Origin: Antedon mediterranea
Lineage: Eukaryota; Animalia; Echinodermata
Length of the DNA: 64,000 nt
Reading direction: 5' to 3'
Assembly: GCF_964355755.1 (NCBI RefSeq)
Contig: NC_092672.1
Location: 31,564,437-31,628,436 of the forward strand
This document shows, piece after piece, positions 38,676-51,858 of the stretch (position 1 is the first letter of the stretch; every line of letters starts with the position of its first letter). The notes below the pieces were generated by a model that saw nothing but the letters and a program-made list of their open reading frames with translations, was not told where the DNA came from and did no database searches. The translations under genes and the position numbers were made by a program.

Positions 38676-39433
38676 TAAAAAAAAAACAATAGGATACTCC
38701 GTACTTACTGTGTATTAAAAGCTACTATTCATCAGTCTGTGATGGAGTTCTAAATTGTCCACACTGGTTGTCGCTACGATATTAAATTAATAAAAGATGC
38801 GTCGTATATTAATTATTATATACATACATTGTTTGATCAATGTATAAAGTTGCATTTTAATTGAAGTAATAATATTTATAATTTAATATAATCTATTGTT
38901 AGGAGGGCGCGATACAAATTATTTTAAAATCACTTATTTTCAAGCAGTCTTGTCACTGTTGATCGTGTTTTACACTCATGTCCACGTGTGTCATCTGACC
39001 ATTCTCTTACGTTATTTTTCTCACATTTCGCATGAAACGTTTTTCGTGTACTACTCGTGTCAAAGAAATAAAGATTCATGGTCTAACTTCAGCAAACTGC
39101 AGTTCCCGAATATTTTCAACTACATAGTCATACCATACGGTGAACATCTTTTTTTACCAAAGTCTAGATTATACTAGCAAACTGCCTGTCGGTATACTTT
39201 ATTAAAAACTTGAAAAGTTTAACTAGTTTCCAATCAGTTTCCCAATTTAATTGGTCTACACTGTCAAACATTATAAAATGTATCTTTCCAGCTCGGAGTT
39301 TGCTAAAGATTTAGAGGCAAAATTTAAGAAAAAAATTTTCACGAAAGCTCTATTTGACTTGACTCTCCTGAATACTGTGTTATTGCTGTGGATTGGACGT
39401 CCTTGTATGGCTTGCCATAGGAAATATACAGTA

Positions 39434-39541
39434 TTTTTAGTCGCGTGCAACGCTACTCTACAGCTCGCTATGTCGGTCGGTTGGACGGTCGGTAAACACT
39501 AACTTGAGCACGCGACTGCAGCCATCTATATGGCCTTGTTT
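39434..39541 (+). mobile_element. Short DINE/HINE-like element
   Basis: TTTTTAGTCGCGTG ... GTCGGTCGG ... CACGCGACTGCAGCCATCTATATGGCCTTGTTT. Confidence 0.6.
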
Positions 39542-40469
39542 AAATACAAATTATTAGTTTTTTGTTTGTTATTGTATAACGAAAAATTGCATTTTTATGT
39601 ATTCCATAACATTAAAAATACAAAACAACATTATTTACAACATTATTTGGCTTGTTACACTTGAGGCATACCGGACTACCGTACTCTGAGTACGAATACA
39701 AATCTTCCTCTTGATTTATGCATTACGTCATCATTAGTTAGCCACACATAACGGATTGTAACTAGCGCCATCACAGAACACAAAAATACAAATATTATTA
39801 CGATTGCCGGTAAAAATGCATTGTACTATGTAGGCTTACATAGACAATTTACATTACCATAATCATTGGGTAATAAAAAACAGGATTATATGAATAAAGC
39901 AGGTAATATATAAAATGTAATTGCCTTAACTTTGAATGTTGAATTAAATAAAGAAATACTGTTTTTAGATGTCATAAATTACATTAACATAATAATTATA
40001 AATTCAAGATAAATTAATATATCAGCTTGGTCAGTTTTTCATAAGTTACATCAGTTACGCCATTTACCTTTTTAAAAACTTATCTTTGTATTCCTTAAAA
40101 CTGAACACTTCTGTCGAAAATATAACTATTACGAAATATTATTAAAATGGACCTGAAATGGACTTTCGATTTTATAGAAATTCACACATGTTATTTAAAT
40201 TGTCAAATTAACACAAGCCCATACAAATAAAAACAAAATGTATAGTATTTAGAGAAAAAACGAAATTTTAAGATACCTTGGTAAATTAGCGAAAATTACT
40301 CACGCCATTGCAATATTCTATTTCAACGGCCGTCGGGAGCCTCTATATTCACGACGTCACCTACCTATACACACGACGATATCATCGAGAGCGTGTATGC
40401 CGCCCGATAGTCAGTGAATGGACGACGGCCTGGAAAGATACGCGAAGCGTTGACACTAATACTAATTTC

Positions 40470-40635
40470 TTTAATGATTGTCAGACACGTTTTACTGATT
40501 ATTTTGATGTTTAATATATATCTATTAATTGGTATTATTTTCAAACATGGCGTTGTATTAGAACTGCCCTTAGTGCGCAGTAGCGTTGCTATGGTTATAT
40601 GGTTGGGGGCAGCATACACATATGATATTACTACA
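40470..40635 (-). repeat. 3' LTR
   Basis: Identical to 45080-45245; preceded on the minus strand by the PPT AAAAACAGGGGGA (40636-40648). Confidence 0.95.
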
Positions 40636-40865
40636 TCCCCCTGTTTTTTATAACAGTATAATATGGTTAATAATAATAAGAGTTATTTATTTCGGTGTCC
40701 GTAATTGTCCAAAAAGTTCCAAACTGTATTAACTATAAACGTTCAAATGTTCAAAAATAAAAACTTCAAACACAACTTGTTTCATAACTTCCTAGAACTG
40801 CAACTTTAACAATCAGTGGTATTGAACATACATTTTAAACTTGTAGATCACGTTACAGTCCAAAA

Positions 40866-43800
40866 TCACTCTTTTGTTTCAATTAAACGCGTAGGAGGTT
40901 TCACACTTCTCTTAGAGTGCGTGTTACTCATATTCAGAATAGACGGATTTTGGTCTATCGGTTGCCAGGTTGGTATAACATTCTCAGGTACTGTGCTACC
41001 ATTGATTTGGGCATTCTGTTGAGGTACCTTCCTCAAATGTACGCGATTTCGTCTCAGCAGATTTCCATTTTCCGCTTGTATAATATATGATCTTGGTTGG
41101 ACACACTTTTCCACAGTCGTCGCAGGTTTCCATTGCTTTGTGGACTTATCATAAACTCGAACATTGCTTCCATCAGGAATAGGTGGGAGTTCATGAGTGT
41201 TTTTATCTGCATATTCTTTTTGTCGCTGCGTAGCTTGTTGCAGTTTTCTACAATATTCTTCTTGTTGCGAGTTGTTTGCTGCTTGACGACTTGGTGTTAA
41301 TGTTGGTATAGGTCGATTAAACATCAGTTCAGCCGGACTTGGTACACCTGTGTCCAATGGTGTAGCTCTAACATTCAACAGTGCTTTGTTAATATCTCCG
41401 CCGGTTTTTAAACATTTTTTTTATGATGGGTTTTATGTAACGAACTTGTCGCTCAATGAACCCGTTTGACTGAAGATCTCCTGGGCTACTCGTGGTATGA
41501 TCAATGCCCCATTCAGCGCAAAATTCATCATACTCTCGCTGGAATTGAGGACCATTATCGGAGAATATTTCAGAACAATTTCCAAATAAACTTAGTACCT
41601 CCTTTGTTGTGTTAATTACAGATCGTGCAGTTGTAGATCCAAGTAGTTTTACAACAGGGTATCTGCTGTAGTAGTCGCTGATTAGAAGAAAGTTCTTGTT
41701 TCCAATCTCAAATAAATCAGTCCCGAGCTTTATCCATGGTTTAGAAGGTTTTTCATGCATAATCATAGGTTGCTTTGCTTGTTGTGGTTGATATTCCTGA
41801 CAAATCTGACAGTTCTGGCAAATTTCATCAATGTCTGTGTTTATTTTCGGCCAGTATACGCTTTCACGAGCCAGCTTTCGTGTCTTTTCCACACCTTGGT
41901 GTGATTCGTGAAGTTGCTTTAGAATATCGTTTCTCATCATTTCTGGAATTATAACCTGTCTTCCTTTGAATATGACTCCATCTTCTATTGCAAGTTGATC
42001 TCGGTAACTCCAAAAATTTCGAAGTTCTGTTGGCAATTCCTTCATTTCATTTGGCCATCCAGTATAAATAACTTGGCTAAGACAATGAAGTGTTCTGTCA
42101 CGCTCAGTTTCCTCTCTTAGTTGCTTTCTTTTGCTTGGTGAGAAGTTTATGAGGTCAATGTGTACAGAATCTACACTTATTGCCAATTCAATGTCCTTAT
42201 TGTTTTCTGTGTTCGGAAGTCTAGAGAGTGCGTCCGATACGATCATCTGCGAACCTGGTCTATATTTTAGATCAAAATCGTATCCCATTATCTTGACTAG
42301 CATTCTCTGCAATCTGGGTGGTGCCGCACACAATGGTTTCTTCACTATCACTTCGAGTGGTTTGTGATCAGTAATTATTTCAAATTTTCGTCCAAAAAGG
42401 TAGTGGTGAAATCTCTCGATGCCATGAACTACACCAAGACATTCACGTTCAATATTACTGTAATTTGATTGCGTCGGCGTTAGTGTTTTACTAGCAAATG
42501 CGATTGGACGATTATCCTGCATTAATGTAGCACCTAAACCTCTGCCTGAAGCGTCAACTTCCAAAGTCACTGGCTTTGTCTGGTCGTAGTAGTTTAAACA
42601 TACGCCGTCTGCGACCGCTTGCTTAACCGCTTTGTAACTCTTTTGGTAATTTTCGTCCCAATCAAATGGAACATCTTCCTTTAGAAGGTCACGTAAACTT
42701 GCCAGTTTATTAGACAAGTTAGGAATATGGTTTGACATAAATGTAACCATGCCAATAAAGCGTTGAAGTTCTCGCTTGTCACGAGGTTCTGGCATTTCAT
42801 AAATATCCTCTATCTTCTCTGGATCAGGTAGGATACCTTCGTCTGTGTATATGCGTCCAAAGAAATTAATTCTGTTTGTCTTTACCAGGCATTTTTTAGA
42901 GTTAAGAGCAAGGCCATAGTCCTTTGCCAATTTCATGAATTCTAACAGGTTTCGGTCATGTTCATGTTCGGATGTACCATACACAATAATATCGTCTGCT
43001 ATACCTACTGCACCTTCGCATTTGTCTAAAAGTTCTCCAATTTTCTCCTGAAATTCGTCTTGGGAGCTCGCTAAGCCATATGGAAGTCGCGTAAAACAAT
43101 AGCGACCGAAAGGCGTTCGGAAAGTCGTGAGCAGTTGTGACTTGTCTGCAAGTTTCACGCTCCAATATGCTGCCTTCGCATCAAGCTTGGTGAAGAATTT
43201 AGCCTTAGCAAAGTTTGGGTTTAATTCTTCCACAGTAGAGATTTTTCTTGGGCATCTTTTCAGAGCTGCGTTTAATCGTCGGGGATCGAGGCAAACACGT
43301 AGACTACCATCGCTTTTCGTTACATATGTGAGCGAAGAACACCAGTCTGTGTGCCCTGTTACTTTTCGGATTATACCTTCAAATTCCATTTTATCCAACT
43401 CAGCTTTAATCTTTGGTTTCATGTGAATTGAACAACGTCGTGGAGCATCGATGTAAGGTTCTGCATCTGGTATCAGATGGAGATCTACTGGCTCTTTAAA
43501 ACATCCAACTTTATCAAAACATTCAGGAAAATTCCATTTCAAATCTTCGACTGTGTTTATTGGTTTAACTGACGTGTGATCAAATAATGTGGATGTCGTA
43601 GTAACAGCATCATATGTCATGTGCTCATCAAATGTAATTAGCTCCATGCATTCGCTAGATTTCTTTCCAATTAATGCTGGACCATCTACGTCAACAACAT
43701 GGAACCTATGTGTAGAAATCTTTTCACTATCTGTTCGTTGTAGTCCTAGATTTATCGAACCAAGATACTTAATTTTATGCCCACTGTATGAATACAGATC

Positions 43801-44848
43801 AGTGTAATCTTGCTTAATGTCAACTGATTGTTCTTTAAACATTTTCTTAAATATTCTCAGTGGTAACGTATTTCCACTGGCTCCACTGTCGACTTTTAAG
43901 TGGATCAGTCCCTTAGAAAGTATGTCGTCATGATGTACGTGCAAGTTTGTAAAAACTTCATTGTTTTTATTTTGTCTTTGAGCGTCGAGAAAAACACTAT
44001 CGTATAATGTTAAGCTGCCTAACTCATGATGTTCATTTTCATCTACAGCATGCATCTTTCGTTTTTGATTTTGAAAGTTGTTGTGTCGAGAACGATTATG
44101 TAATTTACCTTTAGCTTTAGATGTGGATTGTTGCGATTTAAATGTGGATTGCGATTTACAGCATACTTTCCAATGATTCATTTTTCCACAATTTCTACAA
44201 GTGTCTCCCCATGCTGGACATTTTCGTGGTTCATGGCTTCGGTCGCAATTTCGACATTTTCGTTCATACTTCGTTTTCATTGAATGAGCAATTACTGTCG
44301 GTGGTTGTTGTTGATCCTGCATCTTCTTTATTGTGCAATTAGATGCACTGATTGCTTCATATTCACGACCACGCTCAATAACTTGCGCAACAGGATATTT
44401 CTCCGGTTTTGTAAGCAGTTCCTTACGAAAATCTTCGAATGGTGTGGACAACACTACCATTTCGATCAATCGCTCATTTAGTTCATCCTTTTTAAAAGAG
44501 CATTTTGATGCTTTTTCACGTAGACGCGCAACATAATCACTGATGGGCTCATCTGTCTTTTGCCTATAGGTTGAAAACTCTAAAATTTATCTTGACAGAC
44601 GCATCTAGTTGCTGCTCAAACAAGGTCCATATTTCTTTGGGTACCTTTTGGTTTGCATCAGACAACCCAGATGATAAAATTCTCTTCATACCTTCATCAC
44701 CAAAAGCAAGTTTAATCTTTGTTGCTTTTTTCTCATCCAGTGTTATATTGTGGTCTTCAAAATATAAATTCATGCGTGCTTTAAACGCACGGAGACTCTC
44801 TGCCAGGTCTCTTGCATCCCAATCCATCTTGGGCATTTTAGATGACAT
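40866..44848 (-). pseudogene. Gypsy gag-pol with two frameshifts
   Basis: Two CCHC-type knuckles, protease VDSGAS, RT IADD, RNase H VDASG, integrase HHCC and SDNG. Frameshifts at ~44580 (gag) and in the T8 run at 41415-41422 (integrase). Confidence 0.9.
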
Positions 44849-45066
44849 ATTGATTATTGTTACGTACGGCCTAGCCTAAGCCACCAGAGCAATTATCACG
44901 CTAAAACGGTGATGGTGATTCGCCTACAAACGGCGCTGCTGTTGTTGGACGGACACGAGTGTTTTTTACGGCGAGGCTTGTTGCTCGGAAATAAAAAATA
45001 TGTCACGTAACTGTAAGTGTACTAAGATTACTTACAGGAGTTCTATTCCTTGTTATTTCACAATAT

Positions 45067-45079
45067 ACCGCTGCCACCA
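45067..45079 (-). promoter_or_regulatory. Primer-binding site (tRNA-Leu type)
   Basis: TGGTGGCAGCGGT directly after the 5' LTR, complementary to the 3' end of tRNA-Leu (ACCGCTGCCACCA). Confidence 0.85.
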
Positions 45080-45245
45080 TTTAATGATTGTCAGACACGT
45101 TTTACTGATTATTTTGATGTTTAATATATATCTATTAATTGGTATTATTTTCAAACATGGCGTTGTATTAGAACTGCCCTTAGTGCGCAGTAGCGTTGCT
45201 ATGGTTATATGGTTGGGGGCAGCATACACATATGATATTACTACA
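45080..45245 (-). repeat. 5' LTR
   Basis: TGTAGTAAT...ATCATTAAA on the minus strand. Confidence 0.95.
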
Positions 45246-45652
45246 ATTTCAATATCTAATGTTGTTGAAATATAGGTCCCTAAAATGTACTTTGATTTTT
45301 CTAAAACCCGAATTCAGAAGGCCTACCTCCCAAACCTTTACTAGGCCTAGGCCTCCAGCGCGCGGAGTCGATCCACCACCCCACATGCGAGGCTCCGTTT
45401 CTTGTGTATCCAAGGACCAAAGCGATATCAACAACTTGCTGCTTATTGTCTCAAGCCAAATTAAAATATAAATAAAATTCGTTTTCGAACTGCCTGATTC
45501 GTGACAAATAAATTATCATCTCATATTCATAATTTAATTCTGCTAAACTAAAAATTAAAGAAACTAACACATTTTAGCAGTATAAATACGAACGATATAC
45601 AAAATACAAACGGAAAATATGGATACGCATCATTGCTGCACACGGCGCTGTA

Positions 45653-45741
45653 TCCTGGACGCGATTTTTTTTTTCGTACATGAGTTGGGGACCCCCTCAT
45701 GAAACGTCACAAAATAAACATGAATAATTCATCAGTTAAAT
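45653..45741. repeat. Left arm of an 89-bp internal inverted repeat
   Basis: Reverse complement of 49060-49148 with about 3 mismatches. Confidence 0.9.
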
Positions 45742-45759
45742 GTTCTTGTTCCGTGTGCA

Positions 45760-47967
45760 CCCCAATAGTAGAAGCTGATGTAAACGGTCTCGTAGATTCG
45801 ATAAAAGAAACACTTGTTTGTCTTCAATTTGATGTCGAAATTCATCTATCAAACATGATCACTGCTTTCTCATGAACATTCTCTTCATTTGGTGTTATAG
45901 TATGTGAGATATTACTTCTTTGATTGACATAACGTACAAAACAATTTGTTTTCTGTGATACCGGGCCTTGACAGTAACCAAATCTTGATTTGGTACGCCA
46001 CTCAGTCTCAACACCATGTTGTGATCTTGATGTCTTAAAGCAGCATTAAATACTTGTGTACATATTTGATTCACCTTTTGAATCAACCACCATTGACCAT
46101 CCCGGTCGATGTTTGATAGAACATCGTTCTCCACATATAAAACAGTAATTAAGCCAATCAAAATTAGCTTCATTGGTTGTTGTTGACCTAGTACTGCGTA
46201 ATGTGGCTTCTTCATTCTCTACAATACGGTTCTTATCATATTCCTTGGATTTGCCTACCTGTACTGGTGGACCACATAACCGTGGTACTTTATGGGCAGT
46301 TGGTCCTTTGTCCTTGTCGACTAATGACATTTTTTTAAGTTCCTACATTCCTAAAGCTAGGCATTATCGTTCTATAGCTATCTAAATTTGTTGTCCTAAG
46401 GTTTAATCTAAACAAAACAAAAAATAATAAATAATAAAAACAATAATAATAACAACAATTTAATAATAGTAATAATAATATTAATAATAATAGTAATACT
46501 ATAAAATGGTAACGCTAGTAATAAATTAATAGTGTATCTATAATAACTTATTTAAACTCACCTCTGTTAGAGCAGTAATTTAAAAAATATGACCGTTCTA
46601 GCTACGGTATCTAAATTACATGGGTTGTCCTAAGGTTTAATCTAAACAAAACACAAAATGATAATAATAATAAATAATAATAACAGTAATAATAACTAAT
46701 ACTTAGATAATAATAATAATTATAATAATAATAATAATAGCTAATACTAAAATAGTAATAATAGTAATAATATTAATTTATTTGAATTACCTTTGTTAAA
46801 CCAATAATTTTTTAAAATGACAACCGTCGTGAGCAGTTGGTTCTGTCGTCATTAAAATGATATTTCTTTTTGTTACAATTACACAAACCACTAAAAAAGA
46901 TGAATTCAATAACTTATTAAATTAATTATAAATATGACCGATCTAAACTAGGCCAATTTAAAATATAGATTCACAAAAATTCATTTAAATAATAATTGAA
47001 AATAAATACATGACGTACTAAAAAACAATTACTGTATACTGTACTGAAAGCTATACTAGGCCTAGGCTAGGCCTAGAGTGTCTATAATAAAAGTTAAAGG
47101 CCTACCTAGTAGGCCTAGCCTAGGCTAGCTACCCTATTATTAGTATTAAAGGGAGTCTAGGCCATACGTTTCACCTAGTCAATATTTAAAGCACAAACCT
47201 AGTCAATATTTGAAGCACATAAAATATATTGATGTTAGAGCTGGATATTTCTATCCATTCATCATTTTTAGCTTAAAATATACAAATGTTGTATGTTTGA
47301 GGGAGACCTGACTATGCAGCAGCAGCTAATTCAGCGGAAAAGCAAGTGGGCCTAGAAAAAGCGGTCCCTACAAAAACACAGCAAACACACAGTAATGCTA
47401 GAATCAATGTTTTGAGAAGCTACTATGATGCTATATGATTTATTAAGTTATTAATACTACTTTATAGATTGTAGTTATATATAAAATATTAATTAACAAA
47501 ATTAAAAGATAGTCTTACAATTCAAGTTGAAATAGTCAGCAAATGACACAGCGAAAAATGTAAACACACAAGTTTTGGACTCTTCCATTATGAAAAATAG
47601 GGATGTATTAAACTAAAAAAGAACCTAGAGAATATTGAATAGCATGTTCTTTTATTTTTTTCTCATAATATTTGAAGTTTAAGCAAAATTTCACAAGAAA
47701 ACCTATCATGAAATAGAAGTGAAGATATAAAAATCTACAACCGGAAAAAAAAAATTTATATTTTCCCCATTTTATAATGATAAGTTACAAAAACTTTTTA
47801 AACTACTTGTGGATTTTTTTCATAGAATAAAAAAGTGAGTTGTCTTTAAAGGGTTGTAATAAAAAATGCCAGCAGTTTTGAAAGTGTCATCATGCAGTTT
47901 CTGAAAGCCTATAAAATTATAAACATTTTGATATATAATTCAGCTTGTTAATTTGCCGGTTGCACTA
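45760..47967 (-). mobile_element. Truncated 5' arm of a DNA transposon with a decayed transposase N-terminus (possibly Academ)
   Basis: Frameshift-joined peptide FDWLNYCFICG...DLVTVKARYHRKxCFVRY (46330-45760); putative terminus TAGTGCAACCGG at 47967. Family assignment is from recall of the motif only. Confidence 0.4.
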
Positions 47968-48010
47968 ACTCCTTAAATAAGCCACTTTTTGCAATAGGGT
48001 TGGTGAAATC

Positions 48011-48200
48011 TGTCCATAATAGGTTACTTTTCTGTCCATAATAGGGGACTTTCTGTCCATAATAGGGACTAGAGGGCGCTGTTGTTTGTCCATAATAGGT
48101 AACTTTCATAATTGGCTGTCCAAAATAGGCGACTTTTTGTCCACAATAGGCGCGAGTTTATTGGAGTAGTGCGCCATCCATTGTGTTGTCCATAATAGGT
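48011..48200. repeat. Cluster of ~7 TGTCCATAATAGG motifs
   Basis: Irregularly spaced 13-bp direct repeats, resembling transposon subterminal repeats. Confidence 0.8.
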
Positions 48201-49059
48201 GATTTTGTTGGCGTACTCGATCGTACGTACGTAGTTTATTTCGCGAGTAGAAGTAATAGTATTATTAGTTAATACTAATTTTCTTTCTCTTCAAACTTCG
48301 AGGCTACCTACTGTAGTCCTAGCTAGTAGGAGGCCTAATTAGTATAATTATTTAAGTCTCTCTAGCCGCTAGGGCCTAGGCCTAGCCTAGGCATAGATAG
48401 TACTACTAGTACTACTAGCTTAGGCCTAGCTGGAGTCCATTTGTTATTGTCCACTATTACTAATGAAATGTGAGCTTTTTTTTTCTAGGCCTACCTTACA
48501 GCAGGGGGTGCCTCCCTGCTACAGTAGGAATAAAAATGACATGGGCTCATATTAGGTAGATAGGTTTCCTACTACAAACAACTAGGCCTATCCTCATTAA
48601 TTATCTGTTTTTTTATTATTTTAATATGAATATTTTACAGACTACTCGTAACTATACTGCCTAACTGCAGGTCAGGTCTGGCGGACTAGTCACTATACAG
48701 TCTTTTACTAATACCACTGCCACCACCGCCCAAGAGAGTAATAAGTCAGCAAAATTAAACAATAAACATTACACAAAAATACATTTTTTATTCTCGTGGG
48801 TCTAATCTTCCCATCTCATGTGTTCATATACGCGCATTTTTAAATTTCCTTTGAGTACATGCATTGTTTGATAATAAAATAGCAGAATTAAAAAAAATAC
48901 AGTACACAAATTATACACATTCTTTATTCTTGTGGGTCTAAGCTTTCTTTGGGCTATGTCGATTATCCTCGACTCGACACATTTTGTGTGAAGAAGAGTG
49001 CGCGAAGGCAATCGCGTGAATTGACTTAGAATCCTAGGCCTAGAAAGTAATTGTGTGCA

Positions 49060-49148
49060 ATTTAACTGATGAATTATTCATGTTTATTTTGTGACGTTTC
49101 ATGAGGGGGTCCCCAACTTATGTACGAAAAAAAAAATCGCATCCCGGA
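49060..49148. repeat. Right arm of the 89-bp internal inverted repeat
   Basis: Pairs with 45653-45741. Confidence 0.9.
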
Positions 49149-50126
49149 CAACGTTGCCAGGCTAACTTCGGTATTGCCAGAAAAAACCCGTTGATTTGAA
49201 GATTTTAAATCGTCATTTACTCGATGAATAACCGTTTATACGGTAATAATTTTATCTAAAAAAATTCTAAATACGTTTCTGCAAATGCACAAGCATTTTT
49301 TTAGAAAATACTCCATAGATTTCAAGAGTTATAGCCAAAAAACTGCAAATTGTCCATTGGAAGGATAGGAATATATTCGTGAAGTGACGTCACCCGCGAA
49401 TTTTTTTGATTTTCAAATGGGGCTTTCCCCAAAAGGGCGAATTTATATTTTATAACAATATACATTCTAGCAACACCTAATAGCCCCCAAAACATCATTC
49501 TAAAATGAAAAAAATCGAAAATCCATTTCAGGTCCATTTTAAATACAGATAGTTAATCTCTAGTGTCCTCTACTGACACCGGTCTGCATAATATCAACTA
49601 CAAGAAAGCAATTCACTTCACGTATTAAGAACTTTGACAAACATTATACACAAGATGCTCTACATAAACAAAGTCTTATTATAAGAGAGGGAGTTGTAAT
49701 TTTGTCCTTTAAAAAAATCCTGACATGTAACTCCAGTGCCCTTGGAGTGGTGGCCAAGCATCATACTCCACTCTTAGTGGTAATATTAATCGTCTCTGAT
49801 TGATGATAACAGATTAACAAACGAGTAGGCCTACCATAAAGTGTGTAGGCCTACATGTTTCTGCTAATCTTGTGTTGCTCCAATGGTTTTTTTGGTGCAT
49901 CGTTTTTTGCGTTGTATGCGTCGTTGCTGCGTTGTATACGCATATCTTGGCTTGCGTTTACGTGAACGAAGACCGGTGTTCCATAAAATCAATGTCACGT
50001 GCTGCTTGGTTCCTGCATTACGCAACACATGATCTTTGAAATTTGGATTTTCCCGTAAACTGTCCATCAATATTGATAACACAAAAACATCAGTTTAGTT
50101 TCTCACTTAGGACTTAAATCCAAAGC

Positions 50127-51074
50127 TCATTTGAAAAATTTTAAACAGAAAAATTTAAAAAATACGTTTCTGATTTTGAGATTTGTAAGTGCGTAAAGGA
50201 ATGGATTGATGGCAGAGTTGCTCCACAAGAGGTAGGTGACGACCTCCACAAAAATGTAATCTAGTGAGTTATCACTAACTCTATTCCAAATAAGCACAAC
50301 GTTGTAAGGAGCCCAGCAGATTGCAAAAACAGAAACCAATACCGCAAGAGTTATTGCCGCTTTTCGATGTCTTCTCATTGAAGACATTGTCGTATTCACG
50401 CTTGCAGCCTGAAATACTGATTTGTTTCTATTCAGCACACTGTGATTTCTACGCGTACGTTGACGTATCTCTTTGTATACAGTGCTATTCAGATATATTA
50501 TAATAGGTAACGGTATTACAAACGAAAAGAATAGGCATACCAACTTGTACGCCTGTCCCGATTCCATATAACAATTTTCTGAATAATCAATTTCAACTTT
50601 TTTACCGGTAAATTTCTTCCAACAAAAAATTGGAATTGCGTATAACAGTATGCAAATGATCCATGTGGTAATTATCATAACGGTAACGCGTTTCGTAGTC
50701 TGAAACTGACGGTATTTCAACTTCATTTTTAACATCCAGTACCGATCCAAACTGATTAAAATAATACCACAGACAGAAACAGCACATGCCGTGTAGTCAA
50801 TGATCAACCACATTTTACAGACGCCTTCACCAAATGGCCAATAACCAAACATTAGCCAAAGAGTGTAAAGCGGGAACGAGAAAGCGCCAACTAAAAAATC
50901 CGCTACAGAAAGATTCAAGATGAACAAATCGGTTGGATTCGAACGAAGTGACTTTTCGGTGATAAAAGCAAGGATGACGAGACTGTTTCCAAATACGGTC
51001 ACTGCGGATAACAGCCAGCTTATGACGACTCCGCCGGATACATTTAAAGTTTGATTGAAGGACGATTCCATCAT
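50127..51074 (-). CDS. GPCR copy 9 (intact; D3.32, S5.46)
   Basis: Full 7TM ORF; ATG at 51074 or 51071; acceptor ttttatttagtttcAG just upstream. Confidence 0.88.
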   Translation of the reverse strand: MMESSFNQTLNVSGGVVISWLLSAVTVFGNSLVILAFITEKSLRSNPTDLFILNLSVADFLVGAFSFPLYTLWLMFGYWPFGEGVCKMWLIIDYTACAVSVCGIILISLDRYWMLKMKLKYRQFQTTKRVTVMIITTWIICILLYAIPIFCWKKFTGKKVEIDYSENCYMESGQAYKLVCLFFSFVIPLPIIIYLNSTVYKEIRQRTRRNHSVLNRNKSVFQAASVNTTMSSMRRHRKAAITLAVLVSVFAICWAPYNVVLIWNRVSDNSLDYIFVEVVTYLLWSNSAINPFLYALTNLKIRNVFFKFFCLKFFK

Positions 51075-51312
51075 TGCCGTGGAAAACTTACACAATTACT
51101 GAAACTAAATAAAACAGTAGTGTTGTGTTAAATTTGCCAACATCTGATTATACTACTTCGTGTAATGTTATATTGCTTTTTACTTATGTTTGTATATTAT
51201 AATTTACTATGATTTTATGAGTCTATAACTCAAATTCCATGTATACCAAGTACTATCATTGAACCGTCGGTGTCTCAGGTAAAGTTCAGTCTTCCGTGAA
51301 TCGTGTAAGCCA

Positions 51313-51858
51313 TAATTAAACATTTCGCATAAACGCAATATTGCGATACAAGATAAACTTATTAATCAAACAATTTTTTGTAATTATTTGTGTTTACATT
51401 GATTACCACTGACGGATACAAGTATCTTTTCTTTACCTCTCATTTTTACAGTGTTTAATTTGGTCCATATAATAGCCTAAATATTCATATTTATCAATCA
51501 AAAATTTCGCATAAACACGATATTGCGATACGAGATAAACTTATCAATCAAATAATTTTTTTGTAATTATTTGTGTTTACATTGATTACCATTGACGTAT
51601 ACAAATATCTTTTCTTTACCTCTCATTTTTACAGTGTTTAATTTGGTCCATAATAGCCTAAATATTCATATTTATCAATAAAAAATTTCGCATAAACACG
51701 ATATTGCGATACGAGATAAACTTATCAATCAAACAATTTTTTTGTAATTATTTGTGTTTACATTGATTACCATTGACGTATACAAATATCTTTTCTTTAC
51801 CTCTCTTTTTTACAGTGTTTAATTTGGTCCATAGTAAATATTCATATTATCAATCAAT
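51313..51858. repeat. Three tandem ~181-bp repeats
   Basis: ATTTCGCATAAAC recurs at ~51322, ~51504 and ~51685; a related single unit lies at ~36070-36255. Confidence 0.85.

Larger units (their letters stand above)
40470..45245 (-). mobile_element. Full-length Ty3/Gypsy LTR retrotransposon (Mag-like)
   Basis: Identical 166-bp LTRs, 5-bp TSD ATTTC (40465-40469 and 45246-45250), PBS, PPT, and gag-PR-RT-RH-IN order. Confidence 0.95.
40146..49538. mobile_element. Non-autonomous Kolobok-like DNA transposon carrying nested cargo
   Basis: 28-bp TIR AATGGACCTGAAATGGAYTTTCGATTTT at both ends (1 mismatch); TTAA at 40142-40145 and 49539-49542; the joined flanks match the empty paralogous site at ~33423-33500. 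Confidence 0.85.

Noticed and set aside
38412-38692. (ILILCSI)n and (FDNFDIV)n ORFs
   Set aside because: Stop-free frames of a 21-bp intronic repeat.
40142-40175. piggyBac assignment for the TTAA-flanked elements
   Set aside because: Termini are AA/AG...TT/CT rather than the CC...GG typical of piggyBac.
41415-41422. Programmed frameshift in the Gypsy integrase
   Set aside because: An extra base in a homopolymer within the integrase core; mutation or sequencing error is more likely.
47050-48500. TAGGCCTA palindrome clusters as a regulatory array
   Set aside because: Irregular, low-complexity, and scattered through the whole window.
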